DNA of 64,000 nt. Source: Octopus vulgaris (Eukaryota). The stretch spans positions 10,106,001 to 10,170,000 of the forward strand of contig OX597820.1 in assembly GCA_951406725.2 (NCBI GenBank). Direction: 5' to 3'. The stretch's first letter is position 1. Every line of letters starts with the position of its first letter. The notes beneath the pieces were generated by a model. It was not told the origin of the DNA, searched no databases, and was given only the letters and a program-made list of their open reading frames with translations. The position numbers were made by a program, and so were the translations under genes. Shown in pieces: positions 40,057 to 52,509 of the stretch.

Positions 40057-40571
40057 ATTGGAATTATTGTTTTTAGACTTGACCGTTTCTGCTTGCACAG
40101 AAGAAGATGATCAAATGATTAACCTGTCAAAAGCGAATTAACATCTCAAAGCCTCTCATGGGGAATATTTACGATAAGAAACTTAAAGTTCAAAAGGTTA
40201 ACGTCAAAAGAATATCCGAAAAGGGATAAATCTGTCTTTAAGGGACATCACTTGGTTATCTTAAGAAATGATTGTCTCAAATTTTGCCGGAAGGATAATA
40301 GTTTTCAGGCAGCAGGCAAATCGATTATATCGATCTCAGTGTCAACCTCAATTGGTATTTTATGCTGCTGACCTCGAAAGTAACGAAGGGCTAAGTCGAC
40401 TTTGAGGGCGTTTGAACTCATGTCGCTTAGTATTTTGTCCGATTCCATAATGATTCTGTCCGTTTGTCGTCTTCATGATGGTGTTCGGCAAAGACTATTT
40501 GAATTTTTTTAAGTATCCTTCGATTCATACAACTTTCACCATTGTCAATAGGAACACCACGAACATAAATG

Positions 40572-40638
<67 letters not shown>

Positions 40639-40639
<1 letters not shown>

Positions 40640-40936
40640 GAATCACCCTTGGTTACAGAGGGGAATTATCTAAACCCCAAAGAATTCCTCTCAACACATG
40701 GCTATGACGCTCCCCCACAACTTCTGCTTGTGATCAGAGATGCACATATCGTCAGCTACTAAGGAACATATTCAACTGGTTATGGTCAAACAACTGAGAA
40801 GCAAAAATGTGGTATTGAGCAGAATATTTGCTGTTAGCCCATCTTTTATACCAAGACAAAACAATGTACATGATAACACTTGCAATCAGTTAAGATCAGG
40901 AGCCATGAGAGCCACTGCCTGATACTGCATCAGAGC
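40639..40936. repeat. Unclassified ~300-bp interspersed-repeat-like segment between (TAC)n and (TTA)n, adjoining a Dong/R4 fragment
   Basis: Sharp microsatellite boundaries on both sides; possibly a Dong 5' region (inference only). Confidence 0.35.
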
Positions 40937-40949
40937 ATTATTATTATAT

Positions 40950-41209
40950 TTTTTTATCATACCTAATGCGCATACTATGATAGGAATTGTTTCTGTTTTT
41001 AGATTCCACATTCTGGTTACCTCTATTTCCAGGTCTTTGTATTTTGAAAGTTTCTCCATTTCTTTTAGAGAATGTTTTCTTCATGATCTCTGACAACTAT
41101 ATCTGGCATATTGGCCTTAATTTATCTATGTGTGTGTATTGGCATATCCCAGAATATGGTTGCTTTCTCGTTTTCTGTGACCTTTTCTAGTGTGTGCCTA
41201 TACCATCTT
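40950..41209 (-). pseudogene. Dong/R4 LINE restriction-like endonuclease remnant
   Basis: WYRHTLEKVTENEKATIFWDMPIHTHR*IKANMPDIVVRD..(deletion/frameshift)..KEMEKLSKYKDLEIEVTRMWNLKTETIPIIVCALG. Confidence 0.85.
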
Positions 41210-41568
41210 TCTTCTTCTTCTTCTTCTTCTTCTTCTTCTTCTTCTTCTTCTTCTTCTTCTTCTTCTTCTTCTTTTTCTTTCTTCTTCTTCTTCTTCTTCT
41301 TCTTCTTCTTCTTTTTCTTTCTTCTTCTTCTTCTTCTTCTTCTTCTTTTTCTTTCTTCTTCTCCTCCTCCTCCTCCTCCTCCCCCTCCTTCTTCTTCGTC
41401 TTCTTCGTCTTCATCTTCTTCTTCTTCTTCTTCTTCTTCTATTACTACTTCTTCCTTTTCTTCTTCGTCTTGTTGTTGTTGTTCTTCTTCTTCTTGTCAT
41501 CATCATCGTCATCATCATCATCATCATCATCATCATTATTAATAATAATAATAATAATAATGATGATG

Positions 41569-41623
<55 letters not shown>

Positions 41624-41635
41624 CAACAACAATAA
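41210..41635. repeat. Compound trinucleotide array TTC-TCC-TTG-ATC-AAT-AAC
   Basis: Direct reading. Confidence 0.95.
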
Positions 41636-41690
41636 TACTTTTTACAAAAGCAACAGAATGAGTCAACGAGTAGAGTTTCTTGCTTTAGCA

Positions 41691-41737
<47 letters not shown>

Positions 41738-41844
41738 GTAGACGAGAGGAGGCACGAAACCTGAAAGACTCGTCTATTTTCCTGATAATCCATTTTGTTT
41801 CCTCACCTGCCTTTTCTCTCTTGTTTCTATTGCACAATTTTGAA

Positions 41845-41911
<67 letters not shown>

Positions 41912-42292
41912 TATTTTCGCCATCAATATCTGCATTCATCACCAGCACAAATAATAGAACGGAACAGACAGCAGCGTCTCTCCCCGTCGTCAACTCCGCC
42001 ATCGTCCGCCATTGTTACTCCCGTTCTCAAACACAATGTCTCTGTCTACTTACCAGACATATGTATTTGGATTTTGTCTAGTTAACAAGCTTAGTAACCT
42101 CCTGTAATACCTACGTACTTACCGTTCATCTAATACTTAATTACTTACCTACCTTCACCTGTGTCGATACTAAACTCCTATATTCTCTCATTGATCTCGT
42201 CAACGACGTAATAAATAATTAACAATCATTTGAAGAGATCGAAGTTTTTGTTAGCAACAATAGCAGTAAATTACAAGTAGTTGCAATGTGGA

Positions 42293-42650
42293 AATGGCGG
42301 TGGTGGTGGTGGGGATAATAATGGTGCGGGCGGTAGTGGCTGTAGTGGTGGTTGGGTCGGTCATGGAATTGGTGTAGTGGTGGTAGTCATAATAATGTTG
42401 GTGGTGATGGTAGTGGTTGTGGCGGTGGTGGTGATAATGGTGCGGATGGTAGTGGCTGTAGTGGTGGTTGGGTCGGTCGTGGAGTTGGTGTAGTGGTGGT
42501 GGTAGTAGTGGTTGTGGTAGTGGTAGTGGTAGTAATGTTGTGGGTGTAGGCGTTGGTAGGTTACTAGTGATAGTTTTGCAAGTGGTAGTCGTAATGATGT
42601 TGGTGGCAATGGTAATGGTGGCGGTGGTTGCTGTGATGGTGCTTGTGATG
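42293..42650. repeat. Degenerate (GGT/AGT)n region with a ~116-bp internal duplication
   Basis: ggtagtggctgtagtggtggttgggtcggtcRtgga occurs at ~42332 and ~42448. Confidence 0.8.
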
Positions 42651-43094
42651 TGGAGGAGAAATTCTGATAGATGTGATGGAAATATGTCTGAAGATTTGTT
42701 GAGATTATCTCTACAAAATATTCCACATAAATTACAGTCAACACTGACTTTTGCAACGACGTTCCGTGTCCGAGATGTCAGATGTAAACAAACAATGACA
42801 TGGAAAAGACACGAAAAAAGGGTAATGGGTCTACATGCAATATTCTGTGGGGTTTTGCTCTTTCATCATCCTCCATCGAACCCAAGGTCAGCAGTTTCTA
42901 GGGAGGGGTAAATCTGTTACATCCACCTCCCCCCACCGTGTACCTATAAATCATTGATAGGTCTGAATATTGGTGAAAGCAAAAATGGAGAGGTAGCGGA
43001 GAAGTTCTGTTGTTGTTGTTGTGGTGACGATTTTATCGAAGGTATCGCCAAAGCTGTATGGGTTGTGTTTCTGTTTGGTTTATTGATAGTGAGA

Positions 43095-43372
43095 TCTGGG
43101 ATTTTTGTTTGGTACGAATGACACGATTGGATTGTCGCAGGAAAGAATCACAAGACGGATTCCTCAAGCCGAGCCAACTGGCAGGAGACGTAGGAGCAAG
43201 CTCAAAATTAAATGGCTGAATAATGCTCACAGTCTCAGTTGGTCATTCTTGCGAATCCAGCTGCAAGATGTAAAGACTACTGCTTCTGATAAGATTCTAA
43301 AAAGGAGGAGGCGTCTGGAGGTCTCTATCACCAAGACTATTCCAGGTATATTGGGTAGAGAAAATGGATGAA
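43095..43372 (+). pseudogene. RTE LINE 3' end, decayed
   Basis: SQERITRRIPQAEPTGRRRRSKLKIKWLNNAHSLSWSFLRIQ...ASDK resembles ERIxRRIxxAxPxGxRxRGRPxxRWxDxxxxLxWxxLGI..AxDR; homologous to 47815-48470. Confidence 0.7.
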
Positions 43373-43390
43373 AGACTGGAGGAAGGAATT

Positions 43391-43500
43391 GTGAAGGCGT
43401 GTAGCTTAATGGTTATGTTGTTAGGCTCACAATCCTTAAACCATAGGTTCGATTCACGGCTGGGCATCGCGTTTTGCCCTTGGACAAGGCTCTTCATTTC
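43391..43500 (+). mobile_element. SINE family E-like head
   Basis: gtgaaggcgtgtagcttaatggtta...ggttcgattc...cccttggacaaggc.cttcatttc. Confidence 0.55.
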
Positions 43501-44619
43501 TCGCTAGACTGTTCCAGAATTGCCCTTTGGAGATTATTAGCAACAATTTACGGTATATATCTGCAGTAGATTAAGTTACGATAACTTTAGTTCTCAGTTG
43601 TTTTTCATCCCCACGGGGCCAATAAAATAAAGAAACAATCCGGTGTCAGAGTCGATCAATTCGATCAAATCGTCTACTTCCTCTGCATCAGAAAAAAATC
43701 AGGCTTTGTGAATAGCTAAGAAATTTCTGTTGGAAATTAAATAGCGTACTTGGAATGCCAATGGCGTACTTCAATGTAAGAAGGGATCTGTATGCCTTTA
43801 GCATCAAATTTGAAGCGGAGTTGGATGCATTTAGATTTCGATGTTTTGGTCTAAAACTCAGTAAGGATACTAATAATGGAATATACAATTATAGCATTCA
43901 TGAAAAGAAAGACTGACAATTTAACAAGCCCATCCTAGCCATTCTACAACGTCAGTCACGTGTAAGTGAAAGCAGAATAAAATCAATTGTCATGGCTGCC
44001 TCAAAATTTATATCATTGTGTTATGAAAGTTAGTCTACTGTAAGTAAAGGATGTTTTCTCTATCCAAGGAAATATAAATGGTTCGTATAGTTTTCTTGAT
44101 AGCTAAATCAATGCAATCGTTTTTCAAGGAAACATTGGCAACAAAAACTGTCGTTTTGAATCAACAAGACGAACGAACAAAATATATCATCACGTGAAAA
44201 TTCTTTTCCTTTAATCACCAGAATTTCAACGGTTTGGAAACAACGATGAAATCAAGAATTGATAAATAAACAAATAAATAATGAGAGACTCCAAAACTGA
44301 TGTGAAATGTCCAATGAAAGGGAAATACGGAGATACGGAAGAGAGAGAAGAAGAGAACGAATTCGAGTGTGTTAGAGAAATACAGAAAAAAGTATGACTT
44401 ATGGCGATAAATACACGCACGCACACACACATACACACACATACACACACACACACACACATACACGCACGTATTCACCCCCTCTTTCTCACTCATGCAC
44501 ACACATGTATAGCATGAAACTGACAGAAAGAATTATATTAGAGGAAGAGAGAGAAATAGCGAATGAAAGAGAGAGAGAGACACACACACAGAGACAGAGG
44601 GGTGGAATGAGTGAGTGAA

Positions 44620-44650
<31 letters not shown>

Positions 44651-44664
44651 AGGAATGAATGAGT

Positions 44665-44718
<54 letters not shown>

Positions 44719-44876
44719 TCAAAATCAACCAAAAGGAAGACTTATGTATATACGTACTCGTATGTATATGTTTCGAAATATGTGTGTGTGTGTGTGTGTG
44801 TTTGCCAGCAAGTGTGAATGTGTGTAGGTATTATGTATGTACACTCACACATATATATACACACATGTACATTCAC

Positions 44877-44910
<34 letters not shown>

Positions 44911-44949
44911 GTTGTATGACGTCCTGTACCCATATATGTATATACATAC

Positions 44950-44992
<43 letters not shown>

Positions 44993-45069
44993 ATCCAAAC
45001 ACGAACAAAGAGAAAGCACAACAACGCGAGGACGTGGAACAAGTATAGTGTTATTGGATGCTCAGGAAA

Positions 45070-45107
<38 letters not shown>

Positions 45108-45114
<7 letters not shown>

Positions 45115-45573
45115 TTATATAAGCTTAAAGCTTATGGCGATAATCGTGCAATGACTAAAGAAAATAGTCTAATAAAGGGCCATATAAGCCCTCGACAGAA
45201 AGAGGAAGGATTATATGCCCCTTTATTAGACTATTTTCCTTAGTCAATCCATGGTGATCGATCATAAGGTTTAAGCTTATATGAAAATACCATTATTATT
45301 ATTTACAGGACTGTAAAAACGGTACCGTATAGAGAAAAAAAACATTCGCACCGAAAGCATATATATATATGCAGCACGGATTTTTGTCAGTGAACAGGTC
45401 GCGGATTTTAGCGACGAAAATATTTTGACAAATTAAACTTAAATGTTGAAGTGAATCGAACGGCTTTTGTGTGTTTCTTAAATGGCTTATAAACACCTTC
45501 CACGCTGCAATTGTTTTCGTTTCAGCACACGATCTCAGATCAAATTACTTGCTATGCGAGTACATCTCCGTAA
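45108..45573. mobile_element. Hairpin (80-bp arms) + tail element, possibly Crypton-like non-autonomous
   Basis: Arms 45108-45187 / 45211-45291; (TA)n on the left and after 45573. Confidence 0.5.
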
Positions 45574-45610
45574 TATATATATATGTATATATATATAAAC
45601 AGAGTAAGAG

Positions 45611-45665
<55 letters not shown>

Positions 45666-46160
45666 GCATACATGCACACACATACGTAAGTGTGTGTGCG
45701 TCTGTGTGTCTGTGAATTCTTGATTTGAATTGCATTCATAATATATAAGCCACTGAAATAAGTTGCTTAAAGGAAAAGAAATTTCACCTGATCCCGATCA
45801 TCCATATTGTTTGTCATGTAGTTTGGAAAAAAAATGATTTTTGTTATGAAATCTTTCTTTTCGTCAAAATAACAGAATTGATTTTAACTGTGAAGAAAAC
45901 GATACGAATCATTAATATTACTGCTCATATCGAAGAACAATGCTTTCTGATAGTAAAGTAACGTTTATAACACAATGGTGTGCATTTATGAAATTCCAGT
46001 GAGTTTCACGTTCGGAGAATTATACCTCAGAAAATATAAATCCTAGTAAAGAGATTTGATGCATGCATACATACATACATACATTCATACATACATGCAT
46101 ACATACATACATTCATACATACATACATACATACATACATACATACATACATACATACAT

Positions 46161-46556
46161 GGTCGCTGCCCCCTCGTTATCGAGTATGGTCATTGCGCGA
46201 AGCTTAATCAATGTTGTTATCGTGCAATGCCTGTGCAAGAAGATTTTTTTTAAAGTGAGGAAAGGCTGTGCACAGAGTCATTCCTACTCACTAAGCAACA
46301 GCAGCCATAATCCGAAAAGAAGAACAAGTCAACATCATCGGTAACCACTGAGCCGCAGGTTTTATGTCGGAGTTATCCCAGTTACCTGAGTTACCTTCTC
46401 CTAGAAGGATGCCCTAACAAAGGCTAGGAGTCCTTCACTCCCAATGGTTTAACCGCGCGATCGGGTATTCAGTCCGATTATTTCTATGTCCCCGCGCATG
46501 ATACAGCCTTAAGACATTTATTGGATGGCCGTTGACTCTCAAGAGTTCCTCCACCC
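46161..46556 (-). mobile_element. Non-coding ~400-bp element, probably RTE-derived, inserted in (TACA)n
   Basis: Minus strand has tagcctttgttagggcatccttctaggagaaggtaactc (RTE 5'-UTR-like) and ends ctcgataacgagggggcagcgacc(ATGT)n. Confidence 0.5.
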
Positions 46557-46875
46557 ATTTTATAATACATACATACATACATACATACATACCTTGTTGA
46601 TGTTGTTGAAATTACAACGAAGGAATCTTTTATCTGTGTTTGAACCTGGCTCTTCTTCTATGGCAAGAGAAGTTGAAATGAAACTGAATAATGACATACA
46701 TACATACATATATACACATACACGCACAGACATATATATATATATATATGTGTGTGTGTGTATGAGACTACTTTACTTTTTTATTTTCTGTCCTTATATA
46801 GTTTTGGGCAGTGTGTTCCTTTCGGAGTTATGTGAATAAAAATTATAAGTGTTATACTTAGGCAGAAAGACACAC

Positions 46876-46998
<123 letters not shown>

Positions 46999-47814
46999 TA
47001 CATGACCAGTTCTCCGGATTAAAACGAGTCACGTAACAGTAATTCACAATAAATTCCTAGAAGACTGACGGATAGTATATCTTTATATCCTCTCTAACAT
47101 GCGGATTTTAGGCAAGAAGTGTAGACATCAGCCAGACAAAAAAAAAATTTACTTAATTCCCTCATGATGTAAGATCAGAGACAAGTCATGACATCACATC
47201 GAAAATAGAACATTACCAACAGCCACCTCTTCGCATTGCAGCGGATTGTGCCTCTTTTTATACTGATCGAAATAAGAAAAAAAAAAAACACCCGACAGAT
47301 CTGACAGAAGCCGGAAAACCGCAAAATCAATAATTTGGAATATATTTTTGCACTTCTAATATTCGTAGAATTCTTTACTATCTTTACTGTCATAATGCAA
47401 AGAAAAAAGACATAATATTGGTTATTCAAAGAGATTTTATTCCACCATTCTTAATATTATACTCAGCTTGTGTCAGTTTAACTTGAATTTTCTTTTAATA
47501 TTGAACTTCGAAATGTTTGAGCTCTTATGCGGAATTCGTTGAGACTACAAAATAAATAAATAAATAAATAAAGCGGATTTTACGCTTTTCAGCTTCTGTC
47601 GTATCTGACCGACTTTTCTGACAAGCATAAATTTAGGGACAGTCTACAAGATTTTTTTAGTTCACTGATAACTATGTTTACAACTAATCAAATTTATTGC
47701 TAGGTTTACTGTTTTTCCATCGTTTCATTCATGCATGCATATATGCATCCATCCGTCCGTCCGTCCGTCCATCCATCCATCCATCCATCTATCCATTCAT
47801 TCATTCATTCATTC

Positions 47815-48470
47815 GTCAATTAGCTCCCAAAGCACCACCTCTATAGGGTCCAATCAGAAACAACCATCACTACCTTCCTGGCTGGATCCCAAGTGCGACC
47901 AATGTTTTTTGTTTGTTCCTTCTCGGGCCATGCCTGGTTCATAAGGGCCGGTTTCCCGGTTTCCTTGACGTATAGGTTCCCCACCTGGACGGGACGCCGG
48001 TCCGTCGCAGGTGAGCTGCAAGATGCAGGAGGAAAGAGTGAGAGAAAGTTGTGGCGAAAGAGTCAGCAGAAACTTCGCCATTACCTTCTGTCGGAGCCGC
48101 GTGGAGCTTAGGTGTTTCGCTCATAAACACACACATCGCCCGGTCTGAGATTCGAACCCGCGATCCCTCGACCGCGATCTCTCGACCGCGAATCCGCTGC
48201 TCTAAACACTAGGCCACCTGCCTCCACAAGTGCGACCAACTAAGACAATGGATATTATCCAACTGTCAGTTCTTGGTCTCCTTCTTGCTCTCCTGCCAGT
48301 TGACCCGGCTTGCAATTCTTTTCTGCGAAATTCTAGTCACATGTCCATAGTAGAGGAACTGAGACTTCTCAAAGCATAGAAGTAGTGGCTCGAAGTACGC
48401 AACCTGTCGGACAACATTGCTCCAGATATCCTTCGGAGGAACTCTATTTCGGTCACCTGTTTTGAGGGTG
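47815..48470 (-). pseudogene. RTE LINE 3' end interrupted by SINE C, with (ATGA/ATGG)n tail
   Basis: EIEFLRRISG..SDR...EPLLL.FEKSQF.YYGHVTRI...TGRRARRRPRT..DNIHCLSWSHLGIQP; tail 47735-47815. Confidence 0.75.
47903..48226 (-). mobile_element. SINE family C, full length
   Basis: Reverse complement of 645-945; TSD caagtgcgaccaa at 47890-47902 and 48227-48239; 13-bp internal duplication in the tRNA head. Confidence 0.9.
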
Positions 48471-49394
48471 GGGTAAAATTAATCTGAATAGGATATACTT
48501 TGAAACATCTTCATCACTTCCATCAGTTGGCTCCGATTCACTCTTACTTTTTGTTTGTCAAAAATTTCAGTCAACAAATTAGAGTTTTCTCCCTTACTTG
48601 GTGTCTTTATATTATCGGCTCCACTAAAGAGGGTTAGTCTATTAATTGCCTCTGATAATCTCATTTAATTGGTAATTTTCAATTTACTATAACACCTATG
48701 TGAGGCCCCACGGTAATTTTATTTGTATATTATTGTTACTTATAATCTATAACACTACATAAGGTATATACATATAAACACACTCATACACACACACACA
48801 CAAATTATTTGTTGATTTTAATTTTGCCAACTTAGTAGAACCTCCTTCGCTAAGAAGATCCACTAAGACTGGAACATGTTCGTTGCTTATATTTTTTGCG
48901 TTTAATGACCAGACCCGCTCGAGTCTGTTTTGTCTATATTTTCATAAAATGTCCATCAACTGTTCATGCCAAAGTAATCCTAAAAGTATTACTTTGAACA
49001 TCCACGGAGAAATATTTTGTTCTCACTAATGTTAAAGGCTGAAAATATCTGCTTAGATATTTTGATTTGCGCAGATGATATCAGCACGTTCTCCATTTTC
49101 TTGAAAATCATATTTTCTCACAAAAGAAATATTAAAGAACTGGTTTAAAATGTAAACCGTTGTTTTATCTTTGCTTTTGTCTTTACGCCTTTGTCTCCAT
49201 ACTTGCGCTATCAAACACAATTTATGTATGTATGTATGTATGTATGTATGTATGTATGTATGTATGTATGTATGTATGTATGTATGTATGTATGTATGTA
49301 TGTATGTATCCATCTGACTATCTAACACTATGTCTACCTCCCTCTCTCCATACACATACTCATACAAACACACATACACACATCTATTTATCTG

Positions 49395-49612
<218 letters not shown>

Positions 49613-49620
49613 AATCTATC

Positions 49621-50830
49621 GTGGTTGATGATGCGCAGATACGCGCTGAGACTGCGACATCTCAGGCTCTACGTAGACGACGGTGAACAGGTGTGGTCGC
49701 CGTTTGTGAGGCATGCTTTCCCGCAACTCGTCTCCCTGACCGAACTGCAATCGTGGATCAAAAAGAGGCCGAGGAAGGGCGATTGGCACCGCGAGTGTCG
49801 CGTTGTTCTCAAGCAACTCTGCCGTCCCGGGTCGACCTTGAGTGACTTCAACACAACCAAAGCATTCTATAGGGGATTAGTGGAGGGGAGGTACGACGAG
49901 GAGCTCGGGGCGAACCTGGACGTCAACGAGGGATACCTGACCCGCCTGTTCAGGACGACTTTCGGGTCATGGTTCATGGACAACTTTCAGAGATCCCTGG
50001 CCTGGCAGTGCAACCGAGAAGCGCTACCCGTTCGGGATAAGCTCTACAGACACGGCTCGAGAAACATGGGGCCGGCCTGCCCGAGATGCGGTCAGAGTGA
50101 CGAAACCGTTCTGCACGCAATCGTGCAGTGTTCAACAATTTCCGACCTGTGGGCTTATGTCGAACAACTGCTGTCACGTGTGGAACGAGTCGGTTTATCA
50201 GCCGAATCTATCGTTAACATCGTCACGCCTCCTTCCTTCAAACGGGAAGGAAGAGCTATTTTCATCATCCTTGTGGCTATGGCGAAAGAATGTATCTGGT
50301 GGACGCGTCTGAAAGGATTGGAGACAAACACTTTCCTCTCTGGTCAATCTCTCAGCAACGTCTTCAAGTATCACTTGAAAAGGAAAGTGAGAGTAGAGAG
50401 GCAAGTTTTGTCTAGCGAATGTTTTAAAAAAAAGATGGGTGAATGTAGCAAGGATGGCACGTATGAATGACGAAGCCACCTTAAGCATAATCATATGAAC
50501 CCAGAAATTGAAAACAGAGGGTTACCCACTTGCAAACAAATGTGGTAACATGTAACAATATTGACCGAAGTCACCGTGGTCTTTTCCGTAGGCTTTTCTT
50601 CCCACAGATAAACCTTTTCTGCTTCCCCCTTCATATCTTACATCATGACACTGTGATACACGATCCCTATTGATCGTTTTTTCTTTTGTTTCTTTCTTCT
50701 CCTTCTTTCCCTTTTACGATCCCTTTTGATCGAAAATCTACCCCTCCTTTTTTTTTCTTTCCCCCAAAAGAAAAGCTCTACTTTGTAATCTGTCCCGTCT
50801 GTGTGCAGCCCTGTGTGGCTAATAAAGAAA
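49621..50830 (+). mobile_element. 5'-truncated L1/Tx1-clade LINE (ORF2 C-terminus with zf-RVT/CCHC, 3' UTR) inserted in (TATC)n
   Basis: Open frame 49621-50470: ..[48 protein letters not shown]; pyrimidine-rich UTR; AATAAA at 50821; (TATC)n immediately on both sides. Confidence 0.9.
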
Positions 50831-50832
50831 CA

Positions 50833-50931
<99 letters not shown>

Positions 50932-50932
50932 A

Positions 50933-51002
<70 letters not shown>

Positions 51003-51242
51003 AATACAGTGTACATTTAAACACATAAGAGGCATCCATCATAGGACTCCTTGCACACTAGAGAGAACAGTTAAATTCTGAACCACTATTAGAGATAAAA
51101 ATCGAAGGGAGTGAAAAATAGAAACATTTACTATATAACTCGATTTTTATCTCTAATAGTGGTTCGGAATTTAACTGTCCTCTCTAGCGTGTAAATAGTT
51201 CTATGATGGCTACCTCTTATGTGTTTAAATGTACACTGTATT
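51003..51242. repeat. Fold-back element with ~103-bp inverted arms
   Basis: Arms 51003-51105 / 51140-51242; abuts (TATC)n. Confidence 0.8.
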
Positions 51243-51477
51243 ATATGAATAAAATATAGTCTATTGACAACATTTTTTACACTCTAGGTCACTGTTAATG
51301 GAAATTTCAAATATTTCTGATTACCCTTTGCTATTATTTATTATGTATGTATGTATGTAAGTATGTATGTATGTATGTATGTATGTATGTATGTATGTAT
51401 GTATGTATGTATGTATGTATGTATGTATGTATGTATGTATGTATGTATGTATGTATGTATGTATGTATGTATGTATG

Positions 51478-51516
<39 letters not shown>

Positions 51517-51594
51517 ATATCCATATATATATCTATCTCTATCTATCTATCTTTCTCTCCCCCTCTCTCTCTTTATATATATATATAAATATAT

Positions 51595-51805
51595 AGTTCA
51601 ACTCTATAGAAAAACAAAACAAAGACGATGACAAGTGTAGGAACAACAAATAAGTTTTCCATTTTTCCCGAGCGTCAAACAGCTAATGGCTGTTTGACGC
51701 TTGGAAAAGAATGGAAAAGTATTTTACGTTTCGAGGAATAAGAGGAAAGGAATAAGAGAAAATAAACAGAGAATGAAAATATATGAGTTGAATTTAGTGG
51801 TCCAA
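51595..51805 (-). mobile_element. Diverged relative of the 10827-11232 pLTR-like repeat, with a small internal hairpin
   Basis: aaacaaagacgatgacaagtgtaggaacaac...gaaaagtattttacgtttcgag; hairpin gagcgtcaaacagc-taatg-gctgtttgacgctt (51670-51702); related fragment at ~44988-45070. Confidence 0.5.
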
Positions 51806-51816
51806 TATATATATAT

Positions 51817-51849
<33 letters not shown>

Positions 51850-52168
51850 CTTAGAAAGTGTAAGAACTTTCACACGAGGAAAATTATTTTAGAAAGAAAA
51901 AAATGGGTTTGAGATCTTTATCATGGATTTCAGAAAATACTTGCATTTTTATCAAAATATTTCCCGATTTCAGTCGGTTAAGCAGATGATTTTGCTCTGC
52001 TAATGCCACTATTAATAAAATAATAACCCAGCGACATGCGGATTAGCACCATGAGATTATTGTAAAAGTTTAAAAAATGTAAGATTTTAGTACCGATATC
52101 ACGAACGATTAATTCAATTTATTTCAATTTATTTTCCCTTTTATTTCAGCATTACTAATTCATCCTTT

Positions 52169-52249
52169 TAAGGGATTGAAACCGGTAGCATATTTGTAAA
52201 TATTTTCTTTATACACACACATATGTATGCATGTAATCATCTGTCTATC

Positions 52250-52286
<37 letters not shown>

Positions 52287-52299
52287 GACACACACAAAC

Positions 52300-52375
<76 letters not shown>

Positions 52376-52473
52376 GATAGACAGATGGATACATGCATAC
52401 ATATGTGTGTATGTGTGTGTGTGTGTGTGTGTGTATAAAGAAAATATTTACAAATATTCTACCGGTTTCAATC

Positions 52474-52478
<5 letters not shown>
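52169..52478. repeat. ~310-bp palindrome whose arms include microsatellites
   Basis: taagggattgaaaccggtagcatatttgtaaatattttctttatacac... mirrored by ...gtgtataaagaaaatatttacaaatattctaccggtttcaatccctta; centre (CA)n(TA)n(TG)n. Confidence 0.85.

Positions 52479-52509
<31 letters not shown>

Noticed and set aside
42281-42911. Gly/Val-rich or Thr-rich (mucin-like) ORFs
   Set aside because: Degenerate (GGT)n low-complexity sequence open in several frames on both strands; no splice or start context.
43715-43915. 66-codon open frame on + strand (LRNFCWKLNSVLGMPMAYF...)
   Set aside because: No recognisable domain and no convincing splice sites.
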